From Octopus sinensis (taxonomy: Eukaryota), in the NCBI RefSeq assembly GCF_006345805.1, contig NC_043011.1, positions 36,840,464-36,904,463 on the forward strand: 64,000 nucleotides of DNA. Reading direction: 5' to 3'. Of this stretch, positions 1 to 13,290 are shown one piece after another (within the stretch, counting starts at the first letter, position 1; each line of letters opens with the position of its first letter). A model generated the notes under the pieces. The model was given only the letters and a program-made list of their open reading frames with translations, ran no database searches and was not told where the DNA came from. The position numbers and the translations under genes were made by a program.

Positions 1-158
1 ATACATAAGTACATATATACATACATACGTACTTACATACATACATGCATACGTGCATACACACATACATACATACATGGATACATACATACATACATAC
101 ATACATACATACATACATACATACATACATACATACATACATACATTCATACATACAT
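1..158. repeat. (ATAC)n microsatellite
   Basis: Direct tetranucleotide repeat. Dozens of similar (AT)n, (AC)n, (AG)n, (ATAC)n, (ATCT)n and (AAT)n tracts occur across the window and are not all listed. Confidence 0.97.
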
Positions 159-328
159 ATTATGAACTAACTGCTACTTTCTCAGGGCAGCACGGAATTC
201 TGTCAGTGAATAGGTCGCAGTTTCAAAGTGACGAAAATAATTTGACAAATTAAAGTTAAGTGGTGAAGTGAATCTAACAGGTTTGTGTGTTTTTAAATGA
301 CTCAAAGCACCTTCCATGCTTAATTATA

Positions 329-383
<55 letters not shown>

Positions 384-386
384 CAG

Positions 387-426
<40 letters not shown>

Positions 427-525
427 TTAAGTACTAGGCTTACAAGGAATATGTTGTGTTTCAATTCCTTCTACTAAAATTGGTACTTCATAATGGCCGG
501 AGACAAATTACTGTAACAAGTAAAA

Positions 526-598
<73 letters not shown>

Positions 599-917
599 AT
601 ATATATATATACCCAAGTATATATATGTATATATATATATTTATATATATATATGACATTTATAAAATATTTGTTTATAAACATTATATGTAGTAGTAGA
701 CAGTTTAAGTATATACGTAAAATATGGCTGAAATTGATGAGGGATCGTTTGACCCAGTCGAATGTGCTTGTAGTCGTGTAAGCGTTGATATATAGGTTCG
801 ACTCTTCTGGCTAGGATTAGCTCATCATTCTTGAGTCAATTTGTTCATATACAAATTTCGCTTTAAATTGGAGAATAGATATATTATTTTTATGATATAT
901 TGTCATAGTTATATATA

Positions 918-988
<71 letters not shown>

Positions 989-1904
989 ATATATTATATG
1001 TATATATATATATATAATTCATTATTTTCACAAGAATTTAATAACTTTGTAGAAGATGAGGAAGCGGTTTTGTTTGTGGAACAGTAGCACTCGAAGCACA
1101 TAAAGCTTTAGACAGCATCATGTAAATATTAGGTACAAAAACCCGTCTGCTATAAAAAGGAAGTTACCCGTAGGACTCGAACTCACATTTCATATGACGA
1201 GGTATATACACAAGATTAGAAAGGAGGTTACGCTCAGAGATAATGATGGTGACATGAGACCTTGTCACTTTGTGACATATTAATGGAAGTCGGCTTTAAA
1301 GTGAACATCTTAACTAACCTTAAATCCAAACGCATTACAAAATTGAAATTTAAAATACGTTATCAGATTATCTATCATTACTCGCTCTGTGAATGAGAGC
1401 GTATAGACATAATTATATTAGAACTAAAGGCTCGTAGTCTGACTCATTCCAATCTGGTACTAAATACATATTCAGAATGAAGTCATGTGATGAAGATTGG
1501 AGATCAAAAGGATCGAAACGAAACGTTGTATATAGTTAAATATTAATGGAGCAAACTATATTTCATTTCGAATGTTGAGGTTAATAAACCGAAAAATTAT
1601 TCTCACACCGGGAAAGGTGTTAGAGATCTAGAGTAAAATAAAATATTTAAAAAATGATGCCTTTTAAAATGCCAGAATGATAGTTCATTATAGTAGAGAT
1701 ATGATGTAGAATTTTATGCAACTTAAATATCAAAGCGAACATGAGAAAATTTTCAGAAATAAAATTGTATTTAATGTTCTCTTATCCAAGAATATCTGAA
1801 TATCTAATGATACTTTATTTAAAACAAAAACAAAAACAAAAAACAATAAAAAAATCAGAGATAACGATATTTTAAAAATATATTACAAATCAAAAAATGA
1901 AGTG

Positions 1905-1982
1905 AATAATAATAACAATAATAACAATAATAATAATCATAATAATAATAATGATGATGATGTAATAAATAATAATAACAAC

Positions 1983-2013
<31 letters not shown>

Positions 2014-2027
2014 TTAATAATATAATA

Positions 2028-2090
<63 letters not shown>

Positions 2091-2100
2091 TAATAATAAA
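1905..2100. repeat. (AAT)n-rich compound microsatellite
   Basis: AAT/AAC/GAT triplet runs. Confidence 0.95.
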
Positions 2101-4116
2101 AAAATGATGTAATAAAAAATATGTAAATGAATAAATTAAAATAGCAACCAACCAATAGAGACATAACAATTGAAATAACGCAGTTCTAAGAGTTGTGAAA
2201 ATTCTGAAAAAAAAATGGCTTCTGTATTTAGTTGTCTCTACAATTATATTATTCTGTTCGGCAACTTACATACTTACATATATATACATATATAAATACA
2301 TAGAACATATACACACCCTCACACAATATATATACTCTCTCCCTTTCTCTCTTTTTCTCACTCTCTCTCTCTCTATATATATATACATATGTCAAATATA
2401 AATATATATGTTTGTGTATATGTTTATATTTATATATATATATACATATATATGTATATATATGTATGTATATACATATGTATATATGTATATATATGTG
2501 AACATATATCTATGTATGTACATGTATTCAATTATGTATGGATGTATGTGTAAGTATGTATATCAGTGTGTGTGTGCGTTTGCATGTGTTAGTGTGTGTG
2601 TGTGTGCACGCGTTAGTTTATATTTTTATTTATATATTTAAATATATACATAGCCTGTAGATATTAATACAATTTTCTCTACATACATAAATATACCTAC
2701 CTATCGACCTACCTGCTTACATATACACATACACCTGTATGTATATATATTTGTAATATATGTTCGTTTATATATATATTATTTAAATGTATATTTATAT
2801 TATATATTATTACAATTAATTATGCAAACACACATGCACACGCGCGTGCACGTACACGTACACACACACATAGACCCACATATATGCAAATTTACTCATA
2901 TACCCATACATAATTGAATACATACACATATACACTTTTGCATCGTAGCTGCAACACGACTTGAAGCAATGCCGCCAGATGATTGTTCTCTTAAACCTGC
3001 TCAGATGAAGCTTTCCAGTCCTGTTAGGGACTTGTGCACGTTTTAAAAGATTTGGCAACGATGGGCGCCTCTTTCAGCTGGTGTTCAGAGAAATACTATC
3101 AACGGTAAAGCAAAACTTCATTCTTAAATGGAAATATTCACTGCATGTTTTTGCCTTTCATGGATACAACTAGGTACTATAAACAACACATAACAGAGAT
3201 CTTAAAAAATAATGCGATGCCTATGCCTGAAGATTACTAAGGAATTTCAGAGCATAATCCCTCCTCACTAAAATATGCATGTTTTTCCCATGAAGAACTT
3301 CTATATAACTGTCTATGTAACTGAAATTGCAAATGTTATATCAGAATTCTCCATCTCTTAGTGAGATGTCAAGTTAAAGACTAGGGTGTTCTCAATTTCA
3401 GGTGGTTGGTGGCCATTAATTCTACTGATTTCATCCGCCCCATAACATATTTTGTCTCTTGTCTTGGAGAGTGGCAAACGAAGACCACTTATATACATAC
3501 ATAACCGTTCATATAACATGCAGAAACATACACACACACACACGCACTCGCATATGTAAGTATATATATGAATATATATTTATTTATTTATTCATAAGCT
3601 ACGTATAGACGCGATACCTGGAACATTCAATGTTTAAAAAAGTGCTTATGTTTCAAAGGACGAATATTTACGCAAGAGACGATCACACACATACATTCAT
3701 AAAAATGCATACATACATGTTTGTATACATTCATGTATGCATGCATACATACATACACACACATACATATTTAAATACATACATGCATACATATACGCAT
3801 ACATATAAACATAGGTTGGGAAATCGATAATTCATAGCAGCTTTAGTCTTGAAGACTGAAACAAACGATAAAATTAAAGAACAAGAGTGGGGCATCGCTG
3901 ATTTCGACAATGAGCATTTCAATTTTTCGATCAATCAAACTATTTTCTTAAACTTAATGTGAATGGCTGAGTATCCCACAAAAACTCAACCGGTAACTAA
4001 TTCTTTCGCTAGATAGAGATGTTGAAAGATTGTCTCCTCGAGTTACTCCAACTGTTTTTATGGGCCCTCAAGCTTTTTTTATACATGTCTTCATTCACAA
4101 TACTTGAATCATTATT

Positions 4117-4440
4117 TTCTAATCTAGGCACAAGGCCCGAAATTTTGGTGGAGTGGACAGTCGATTACCTCGACCCCTGTACGCAACTGGTACTTAATTA
4201 ATCGACCCCGAAAGGATGAAAGGTAAAGTCAAACTCGGTGGAATTTAAACTCAGAACGTAAAGACAGACGAAATACCTATTTCTTTACTACCCACAAGGG
4301 GCTAAACACAGAGAGCACAAACAAGGACAGACAAAGGGATTAAGTCGATTATATCGACCCCAATGCGTAAATGGTACTTAATTTATCGACCCCGAAAGGA
4401 TGAAAGGCAAAGTCGACCTCGGCGGAATTTGAACTCGGAA
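4117..4440 (-). mobile_element. SINE family B (GCCTTTCATCCTTTCGGGGTCGATAAATTAAGTACCAG core), composite of two partial copies
   Basis: Reverse complement matches the copies at 25227, 44370, 49369 and 55048. The core resembles, from memory, the conserved Meta-type SINE domain. Confidence 0.85.
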
Positions 4441-5085
4441 CGGTTTTGTGTGTTTTTTAAATGGCTTATAAACACCTTCCACGCTGCAATTACTTTCTTT
4501 CAGCACATAATCTCAGATCAAGTCACTTGCTATGCAAGTACATCCCCGTAATTTATTTTATTATAAATGTAAAGCAACACCACAGAGGAATCGACGTAAG
4601 CTTAAATAATAAACCGTGATAGGTGAACCGCGATATGGTGAGGAATTACTGTATTGACTAATCCATATATACGTACAAAGAAGCATGCATTTTTCATCCA
4701 TTCATGCATAGGCACATACATGAATTCCAACATATGTATATATACATTCATACAAGCATGTACAAATAAATACAGAAATACATGCTTAGATTTATGCAAA
4801 ACGCAAACACTCATGCGTTTATTCATACATACTCACATACATACATACGTACATACATACATACATACATACAAACATACATACATACGTACATACATAC
4901 ATACATACATACATACAAACATACATGCATACGTACATACATACATACATTCATACATATCTCTTTAAAGGTTTTGCTTTTATCATCGAAGAGCTTGAAA
5001 TAGCTGCAGTTAATACTTTCGGTTTATCTAAATAGATCACAGTTTCACTGAAACCAAATCTTTATCCCAGCTTCACGGTGATATA

Positions 5086-5507
5086 CTTACTCTTTTTCTC
5101 TTTACTCTTTTACTTGTTTCAGTCATTTTGACTGCGGCCATGCTGGAGCACCGCCTTTAGTCGAGCAAATTGACCCTGGGACTTATTGTTTGTAAGCTCA
5201 GTACTTATTCTATCGGTCTCTTTTGCCGAACTGCTAAGTAACGGGGACATAAACACACCAGTATCGGTTGTCAAGCAATGCTAGGGGTACAAACACAGAC
5301 ACACAAACATACACATACACATATATATATATATACATATATACGACAGTCTTCTTTCAGTTTCCGTCTACCAAATCCACTCACAAGGCATTGGTCGGCC
5401 CGGGGCTATAGCAGAAGACACTTGCCCAAAATGCCACGCAGTGGGACTGAACCCTGAACCATGTGGTTGGTTAGCAAGCTAGTTACCACACAGCCACTCC
5501 TGCGCCT
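5086..5507 (-). mobile_element. tRNA-derived SINE family A, full length
   Basis: Minus-strand head GGCGCAGGAGTGGCTGTGTGG (A box) and GGTTCAGTCC (B box), internal (AT/GT)n, A-rich tail. Near-identical to the copies at 17016 and 22979. Confidence 0.92.
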
Positions 5508-6139
5508 GATTGCATGATTATAAGATTTTCCTAGATAAACCTTTAATAATCACAAATTTGTGTCTAACTGACTGCGCGACTTAAAATAAATGCCAACATC
5601 TCAGTTCGAACCTTGGCCAAAAGTTTTAACTTTGCATTCAACATAATCTTCATTACAAACTGAATATAATAGAAAACGATTTTCTTTAGTCCAGATTATG
5701 AGATTCGATAAGCTCTTTATATCATATTTCTTTTAAATGCATGACCCACATAATTTGAAGGTTTTCCAAGATGGCATTCAATTATTACTTTCCAATGTGG
5801 TGTGAAGCTTTTGTTGAAACAACATACAAATCTCACCTTACAAAATAACGACAAAGCATTGAAACCATACATGTGTATATCAATACAAACTATTTTAAAA
5901 AACACTCGCATTAAAACTGTCTGTAACTGCAAACATATCAGCTAACATATAATTGTTGAAGTCAAGAAGAAATATTGCAGCTTTTTTTTCCAGATGTCAA
6001 GTAACATATCGATATGATCATTTCTTGAAACCTCAGTAGGAAAAGAATATTCATGGAGAACAGCTTCGAAACCTATAGCTGTTCTACTCAGATTATAAAT
6101 TTCCGTTTGTAATCATAATCATCGGTGTGTTTGGTTTTG

Positions 6140-6610
6140 TTAATCGTAGACCGTTTTCGTCTATTACCGAGACTTACTTAGGTAATTTTTCGTCCGCAGT
6201 CTCTTCAGTAGAACTATGCACACGTCTAATTTTACAAGTACAACTAGTGTATAGTTCTACAAATTATATTGAATTGGAACGATCGTACTGAAGAGTCTAC
6301 GGACGAAAAATTACGTAAGTATTTATCGGTAATAGACGAAATCGGACTACGATTAATTCTGTATTTTTATATGTATTCAGCTGTCTTACCCGCTTATGTT
6401 CTGGTGTTTGCTGAATTTCTCTAGAGAACATTCTTTTCTTTGTAGTTAGATCGTATGTGAACTTCTTCTAGCATATTGGATGTCCCTAAATATAGGCATG
6501 TATTACAATTTTTTTCTGAATTTTCAGATTTCTCTATATGTTAGGCTACCGCTTTTATATTGATATTAATTAAATTAATATTAAATTTATCACCCTCGTT
6601 ATTTAAATTA
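6140..6610 (+). mobile_element. Penelope pLTR/retrozyme-like non-coding unit with a 71-bp inverted 5' duplication
   Basis: 6140-6210 is inverted at 6286-6356 and contains a hammerhead motif. 6398-6445 is similar in reverse to 22599-22640. The unit ends at an (AT)n tract. Confidence 0.7.
6282..6353 (+). ncRNA. Minimal type-I hammerhead ribozyme motif
   Basis: Stem I ATCGTA/TACGAT, core CTGAAGA, stem II GTCTA/TAGAC, GAA, then ATCGGAC. The inverted copy reads AACGGTC, so the implied consensus is ACCGGT-C. Confidence 0.75.
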
Positions 6611-6620
6611 TATATATATA

Positions 6621-6660
<40 letters not shown>

Positions 6661-6664
<4 letters not shown>

Positions 6665-6717
6665 TGTTGTGTCTGGGGAGAGCCATTTTCTTTTTGTGCC
6701 TTATAATTTAACACACT
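6661..6717 (+). repeat. Fragment of an unclassified dispersed repeat
   Basis: CTGTTGTGTCTGGGGAGAGCCATTTTCTTTTTGTGCCTT also occurs at about 47956-48015, where the copy continues to about 48100. Confidence 0.7.
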
Positions 6718-7840
6718 GCTAGGAACACACCAACAAAATCAAGCTAAAAGTATGCCATAGCACCTTAAGGAAGATACGTTTATATCAAATAATGTGGTCC
6801 CCGCTGTATTATAATCGAAAAATAATAGTGAACACTCAAGGTTTGAGCATCTTTCTACATAGGTTTTCTCAACGATAGCTTAGAGATAAAGAACAACATT
6901 CATAGCTGTTCTTAAGTTGTCGTTTACCGCTGTTGTATCTGTCTTTTGACGACGGTTGTCACTCTGACAGATATTGTTATATTCCGAAGTCATCAATAGG
7001 ATGGTTCTATCTGACACTGTACAGTGTTATTATATTCAAAAGGTTGGATCGTCATAAAGTCCACTCACTATCACCGTATAATTACTATATCATCACAAAC
7101 ACGACTATCAACACAGTCTACGCCTACTCTCGACCCTCTGACTTTCTGCTCTCGACCGGCTACTGGTCTATTTAACCTTGATCTGATTACTACCAGTTTT
7201 TACCGGGAGGGGTGCACAGTTTCACTACACAACAATAACTCTATCTCTTTCTTCTCTTCCTCTCGCTCTCTTTCTCTTTCTCTCACTCACACTGTCACGC
7301 AAACAGACACAGACTCAGAAAGTCAGGTACAAGCACAAATACAATTCACACACACACTTGTAGCATATAGTTAAAACTGTTGAATGTAAAGTTAAAATGT
7401 TGGCCAAGGTTCTGGCAGAGATATTGGCATTATCCCAAGTCGTGCAGTCGGATAGACTCAAAATTGTGTGATTATGAAAGGTTTAGCTAAGAAAATCTTA
7501 CAATCATTCAATAACATATCACCGTAAAGCCGGGACAAAGATTTGGCTTCAGTGAAACTTTGATCTATTTCGATAAACCGAAAGTATTTCACCTCGTTAA
7601 CTATAGTTATTTGGTGGCTTCTCTCACTGTTGCCATTTATAGTGCTTAGATTTCGTGGATGTTTGAGCGGCATTCAGGACTTAGATACGAGCATTGCACG
7701 CAATTAGCACAGCATAGGTTGTGTGTATATAATAATTAATGTAACAGTGTGATAAACTGCAAAAATTTAGAAGAACTCATCCAGTCCAACGCAGAAGAAT
7801 ATAATGAACTAACATGGATAAGAATTGTCCAAGTCAAATA

Positions 7841-8366
7841 TTAGGCTGTCCGGAAAGTTCGTGCCGATTTATAGTAGCTTATCTTTCGACTTGTTTTAGA
7901 ACAAGGTTGCGTCCATTAAGTAGGATTTGGCTACAACTCCATTTAGAGCACAGTTTAAGCTATATCTTCGTGGAAGAAGCTTTATGTTCCTCTAACATGT
8001 GTTAATTCTGTAACCCTTTAAAATGGAAGATAAGAAAGTTCATTTTCGGCATTTGATGCTTTGGGAACCAGACAAAAATTGCTGCAGATATTGCTCCATC
8101 GGATTTCCACTTTCTCAGGTCTCTGCAAAATAGTCTTAATGGTAAAAATTTCAATTGCTTGGATGATGTAAAATGATACCTTGATGAAATCTTTGCCATG
8201 AAACCACCTCAATACTGGGAAGGGCATATTTTCAAGTTAAAGGAAAGATGGAGACGTATTGTGCAAGAAAATGTTTCATATTTGCTTGATTAAAAATGTA
8301 ATTTCAAGTATCTATTGACGTTTTTCTTTCCTTTAAAACTCGGCACGAACTTCCTGGACAACCCTA
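7841..8366 (+). mobile_element. Internally deleted mariner element
   Basis: About 27-bp TIRs (TTAGGCTGTCCGGAAAGTTCGTGCCGA / TCGGCACGAACTTCCTGGACAACCCTA) with TA on both sides. Remnants MEDKKVHFRHLMLW and DIAPSDFHFLRSLQNSLNGKNF. Confidence 0.92.
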
Positions 8367-8816
8367 TATATTAACAACAGCACTCCGTATAGCGTTAATC
8401 AGTGGAGTAATTTTTTTGATTAAAGTATGAGGATAATCATATTTATCGAGGTAAGTGTTGGCTTTAACATTACCATTCTGTGAAGCAAGGCTGTTTTGGA
8501 CTCATGAGGTCTCGGGATCAAAACCACTACCTGGCATATCTTGTGTAAGTGCCTATATTATATTCACGAGATTATACAAAGCTTGCCAATGAAATTAAGT
8601 TAGTGGAAACTGTGTGCATGCAATACGTATGAATTATACCTGTATTTCAAAGGTGCAATGTGAGAATATCACATCCAGCTAAGTCAGGTTAGAAGTTATA
8701 TTGAAGTTACATATGTCTATCGAATACTCAACTATTTGTAAGTAAATTTAAATAGCCGGTTACTCAGGTGGTTGAAAGACAGAATCCTTATTTTAAACCC
8801 GACTTAGTATTCATAC

Positions 8817-9030
8817 ATAGCTGCCCTTTGAAAATCAAATAAAAAAAGATATCTATGGACAACTACTTCGAAACGTCCAGCTTCGCTATCCAGACTATAA
8901 ATTCATATTCATACCAATAATAAATAGGAGTACTAGGTTTTGTTATTAAATGCTTAAAGGAGAATCTGGATAAAGGGGGATTTTCAAAAAGAGAAATCGA
9001 CCGGCTAATTCGTACATTACAAGAGCAATA
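8817..9030 (+). pseudogene. C-terminal fragment of an RLE-clade non-LTR retrotransposon
   Basis: Translates YGQLLRNVQLRYPDYKFIFIPII/IGVLGFVIKCLKENLDK, homologous to YAQLLRNLQLHYPDY..FIPVITG in the element at 58818-59530. Confidence 0.75.
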
Positions 9031-9241
9031 TTTGTCTGTGTTAACTAAATCCCAAAGATAGGGCCTTGTATCATTGTTGGAAACTGACTTCCTCCTCGGC
9101 GAAAGATTTATAATAATTAAAAACTAGAAGAGACACATACAAATATACATACATATGTGTGTGTAAACGCGTGTAGGCCATGATGTGTTGCATATAAATA
9201 TAAATCTCTCTCTCTCTCCCTCTCTCTCTCTACCTATCAAT

Positions 9242-9283
<42 letters not shown>

Positions 9284-9386
9284 CTCTATATATATATCTA
9301 TATATGTATATATGTGTGTGTTATGCACGTACGTATGTATATATAAATACATACGTGCATTTGTAGAATAAAAGTACTTACATTTA

Positions 9387-9600
9387 CGACAGGGTACTGA
9401 AACGTTTCTAGCTTTAAGGATATCGTGAAAGGCCTGGTTGGAGGCCCAACCTTCGAAGTTATTTTACAAGGCTCGGTAAAACTGAAGGACTGCTGCATTA
9501 AGTGTGTGAATCTGAGAGGGAGAATAGTCTGAATAAAATTATTAACAGATCTTCCTGTATTGTCTTTTACCGAAAGCTAGGTAATCTTTAATCCTGCGAA
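9387..9600 (+). mobile_element. Degenerate mariner-derived MITE
   Basis: Eroded terminal inverted similarity (TTCTAGCTTT / AAAGCTAGG) and a transposase C-terminus-like KCVNLRG remnant. Confidence 0.45.
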
Positions 9601-9969
9601 CTCATGATTTTGCACATCTTCCTTACGAATCTTACTGAGATCGATGTTACTATTCATAACTTCCGGGTGGACTCGGGTGCTGCAACAAATATATACGAGT
9701 CAAACATTGGTATCGCTTATATATATATATATATATATATATATAACTTTCGGCTCAACAAAATTTCTGACTTTTGTGCTAATGCAAGAAAATATATTTT
9801 GGTAGTACAGATTGTTTGTCAGCATAAACATGGCAGTCCTGGTTTAGGTCTAATGTTGCTGTAATTTAGCCGCAGGAGACATCGTCTCCAGCTGGCTATA
9901 CGACACGATCTGTGTCCTTATATTTTCGAACAAAGCAATCTAGCACCCGCAATCAGCTCAAAACGTTAT

Positions 9970-10012
9970 CTGTGTATCGCGATTTGTGGGTTATATCTCT
10001 TCATCAGCACAG
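9970..10012 (-). ncRNA. Hammerhead remnant with GAA/stem III deleted
   Basis: Minus strand reads CTGTG-CTGATGA-A-GAGAT..ATCGC-GA[del]TA-CACAG. It lies in a unit that begins at an (AT)n tract near 9745. Confidence 0.5.
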
Positions 10013-10152
10013 AAAGATTGTCCGGCTAGAGGTGGCAATGCAAAATTCCCGTTCGAAATACATAGTTTCAAAGTGACAAGTCATCACTGATTTATAAACG
10101 GTAATTTGGCAGCGCTACCTCTAGCCGAACAATTATTGCCTGGAATCGAACT

Positions 10153-10433
10153 GAATAATAATAGTAATAATAATAATAAAAATAATAATAATAACAACAA
10201 CAACAACAACAACATCAACAGCAACAACAACAACAACAACAATAACAATAATAATAATAATAATAATAATAACAATAACAATAACAATAATTATAATAAT
10301 AATAACAACAACAGCAACAACAACAACAACAACAACACACAACAACAACAACAACAACAATAACAATAATAATAATAATAATAATAATAACAATAACAAT
10401 AACAATAATTATAATAATAATAACAACAACAGC

Positions 10434-10469
<36 letters not shown>

Positions 10470-10496
10470 AATAATAATAATAATAATATAATAATG

Positions 10497-10528
<32 letters not shown>

Positions 10529-10619
10529 GATGATGATGATAATGATGATGATGATGATGATGATGACGACGATGATGATGATGATGATGACGACGATGAT
10601 GATGATGATGATGATGATG

Positions 10620-10676
<57 letters not shown>
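10153..10676. repeat. Compound (AAT)n/(AAC)n/(GAT)n microsatellite with an internal duplication of about 118 bp
   Basis: Block at about 10223-10336 is repeated at about 10341-10460. Confidence 0.9.
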
Positions 10677-13197
10677 TGGTCGGCGAACGAACCACCAAAA
10701 AAAAGGAGTATCAGAATAACAAACTCGGCATCTGAACAACTTTGGACCCCCATAACAACTGAAGAGGTCACCCAGGCACTGCAAAGACTAAGCAACTGGA
10801 AGGCACCTGGGCATGACAAGATCCCCAACTTCTGGTTGAAATATCTAACAGGAATGCACAAAAAGCTGGCTGAAAACTTTAACAACGTACTAGCAGAGCC
10901 AGAGATAATGTCTGAATGGCTCACGAAGGGGAAAACCATCTTAATTCCCAAATCAAATGAAACAGAAAAACCAGAAACTACAGACCAATAACCTGCCTCC
11001 CTACTATGTTCAAGGCATTTACTGCAGTGATATCACAAAGGCTGAACAAGCACCTGGACGAAAACAAACTGTTCCCAGAAGAGCAGAAAGGATGCCACAA
11101 AGGCTCATATGGCTGTAAAGATCAACTAATGATTAATAAAGCCATAACTGAAGACAGCCACAGAAAGAAGAAAGGCCTCAGTATGGCCTGGATTGACTAC
11201 AAAAAGGCGTTTGATAGCATCCCCCACACATGGATCCTCGAAACACTAGCCATTAACAAAGTAGCACCAACAATCATAAAATTCATAGAGCACTCTATGA
11301 ATAAATGGCAAACAGTCCTACACCTCCAAACAAAAGAGGGACTCATGAAAACCAAAGACATCCCCATTAGAAGAGGAATATTCCAGGGAGACACGCTCTC
11401 TCCACTCCTTTTCTGCTTGGCACTGTCACCTCTATCTGATATGCTAAATAGAACTGGATGCGGATATAAATGTTACGGCAAAACGATCAGCCACTTTTTA
11501 TATATGGATGACCTAAAACTATAGGCTGCAAATAACAAACAGCTGGAAACACTATTAAAGACAGTTCATGGATTTACCAAAGAAATAGATATGAAATTTG
11601 GATTAGAAAAATGCGCCAAAGTAACCCTGAAAAGAGGAAAACTAGTTAAGAGTAACAACATCACACTAGATAAAACCAATGAAATAAAAGAATTAGACCA
11701 AAGCCAAACTTACAAATACTTAGGAATCCATGAACTAGATAAGACACAACACACACAAATGAAAGAGAAAATAAAAAAAAGAATATTATAGACGAGTTAG
11801 ATCAATACTAAACACAGAGCTCAATGCTAAAAACAAGATAATAGGTATCAACACTTTAGCTGTCCCAGTTATAAGTTACAGCTACAATATCCTTAACTGG
11901 ACACGAAATGAACTGACCAAAATAGATAGGAAAACGAGAAAAATAATGACAGGATCTAGGATGCATCACCCAAAATCTGACATAGAAAGACTATATATAC
12001 AACGTATAGAAGGTGGTAGAGGTCTTATACAGCTGGAAAACTACTATAAAATAACCACCATAGGACTGCAAAAATATCTACTTCAGAAGGAAGGAAAACT
12101 GATCCAGATAGCGGCAAAACACGAGCAAAACAAAAAATGTTCTCAGTATTTAAGGAAGCTGACAAATACAAACAAGAAATCATACCACCTAATAAACATG
12201 AAGAAGAAGAAGAAGAAGAAGATGAAGAAACAACAAAAGCTATAAAACAAATGAAATCCAAACTAAAAATAGAACAGCAACGAACCATGATAAAACGATG
12301 GCAAGAAAAGCCCCTTCATGGTAAATACTGGACTAAACTAAACGCAAAAGAAATAGACAAAGAAAAATCCCAGCAATGGTTGAGAAGCTCAGGACTCAAA
12401 GCAGAAACAGAGGGATTTTTAATTGCAGCACAAGACCAAAGCCTCCCCACCAGAAATTACCAAAAACATGTAATGAAAAAAATATTACAAGTAACTGCAG
12501 AATATGTGGAGATGGACAAGAAACAATAAATCATATTATCTCTAGCTGCCCAGTCTTGGCTAAGAAGGAATATATTCACAGATATGACAGAGTTGGAACC
12601 TACATACATTGGAAGCTATGCCAACATTATGGAATAACAACAGAAAAAAGATGGTATAGGCACACACCAGAAAAGGTCACAGAAAACGAGAAAGCAACCA
12701 TACTCTGGGATATGCCGATACACACAGATAGAGAAATTAAGGCCAACAGACCAGATATAGTTGTCAGAGATCATGAAGAAAAAAAATGCTTTCTAATTGA
12801 TGTATCAATACCGGCTGATGACAACGTGTCTCAAAAAGAAATGGAGAAACTCTCAAAATACAAAGACCTGGAAATAGAGGTAACTAGAATGTGGAATCTG
12901 AAAACAGAAACAATTCCTATCATAGTAGGTGCATTAGGCATGATAAAAAAATATTCAGACAAATACATAACAAAAACACCAGGACTTACAAACACATATA
13001 ACATACAGAAAATTGCACTACTAGGCCCAGCCCACATCCTACACAGAACACTTTCCATACAATAACCATCAGAGCATCACAACAAATCACAGCACATGCA
13101 CAAGGCACACAGAGCTGTGCTCGGTAGTGAAGTGAAAGCACACTATAAAAATAAAACTACTGAATAATAATAATAATAATAATAATGATAATAATAA
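10675..13197 (+). mobile_element. 5'-truncated Dong/R4-clade (RLE) non-LTR retrotransposon inserted in (AAT)n
   Basis: RT, CCHC and RLE coding region, a 3' UTR of about 100 bp (13066-13162) and an (AAT)n tail. The 5' junction is also in (AAT)n. Confidence 0.95.
10677..13065 (+). pseudogene. Reverse transcriptase / zinc knuckle / restriction-like endonuclease ORF, disrupted
   Basis: Motifs KAPGHDKIPNFWLK, WIDYKKAFDSIPH, RGIFQGDTLSPLLF, YMDDLKL, CRICGDGQETINHIISSC, NRPDIVV..LIDVSIP..EKLSKY. TAG at 11522-11524. Frameshifts near 10980, 11780, 12135 and 12480, mostly in A runs. Confidence 0.95.
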
Positions 13198-13246
13198 CAT
13201 GGAAAAATACCTTAGGAATGTGAACCAGGTTCGAAATTTCCCCAAG

Positions 13247-13290
13247 GCACCTGATCAAGGCTGGAGGGTTTATCAGCCGAAACGTTGTGT
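13247..13290 (+). ncRNA. Minimal hammerhead-like motif (G8 to C)
   Basis: GCAC-CTGATCA-A-GGCTG(GAGGGTTTAT)CAGCC-GAA-ACGT-T-GTGT. Confidence 0.6.

Larger units (their letters stand above)
4998..7612. repeat. Diverged long inverted repeat: left arm 4998-5084 plus 5510-5643 (split by a SINE), right arm 7378-7612
   Basis: AATACTTTCGGTTTATCTAAATAGATCACAGTTTCACTG and GAACCTTGGCCAAAAGTTTTAACTTTGCATTCAACA match the reverse complement of 7378-7612. Confidence 0.85.

Noticed and set aside
733-770. TTGATGAGGG...CCC hammerhead-like start
   Set aside because: No GAAA, stem III or stem I.
1486-1532. GTGATGAAGAT...ATCGAAACG hammerhead-like string
   Set aside because: No convincing stem I, and the core is mutated.
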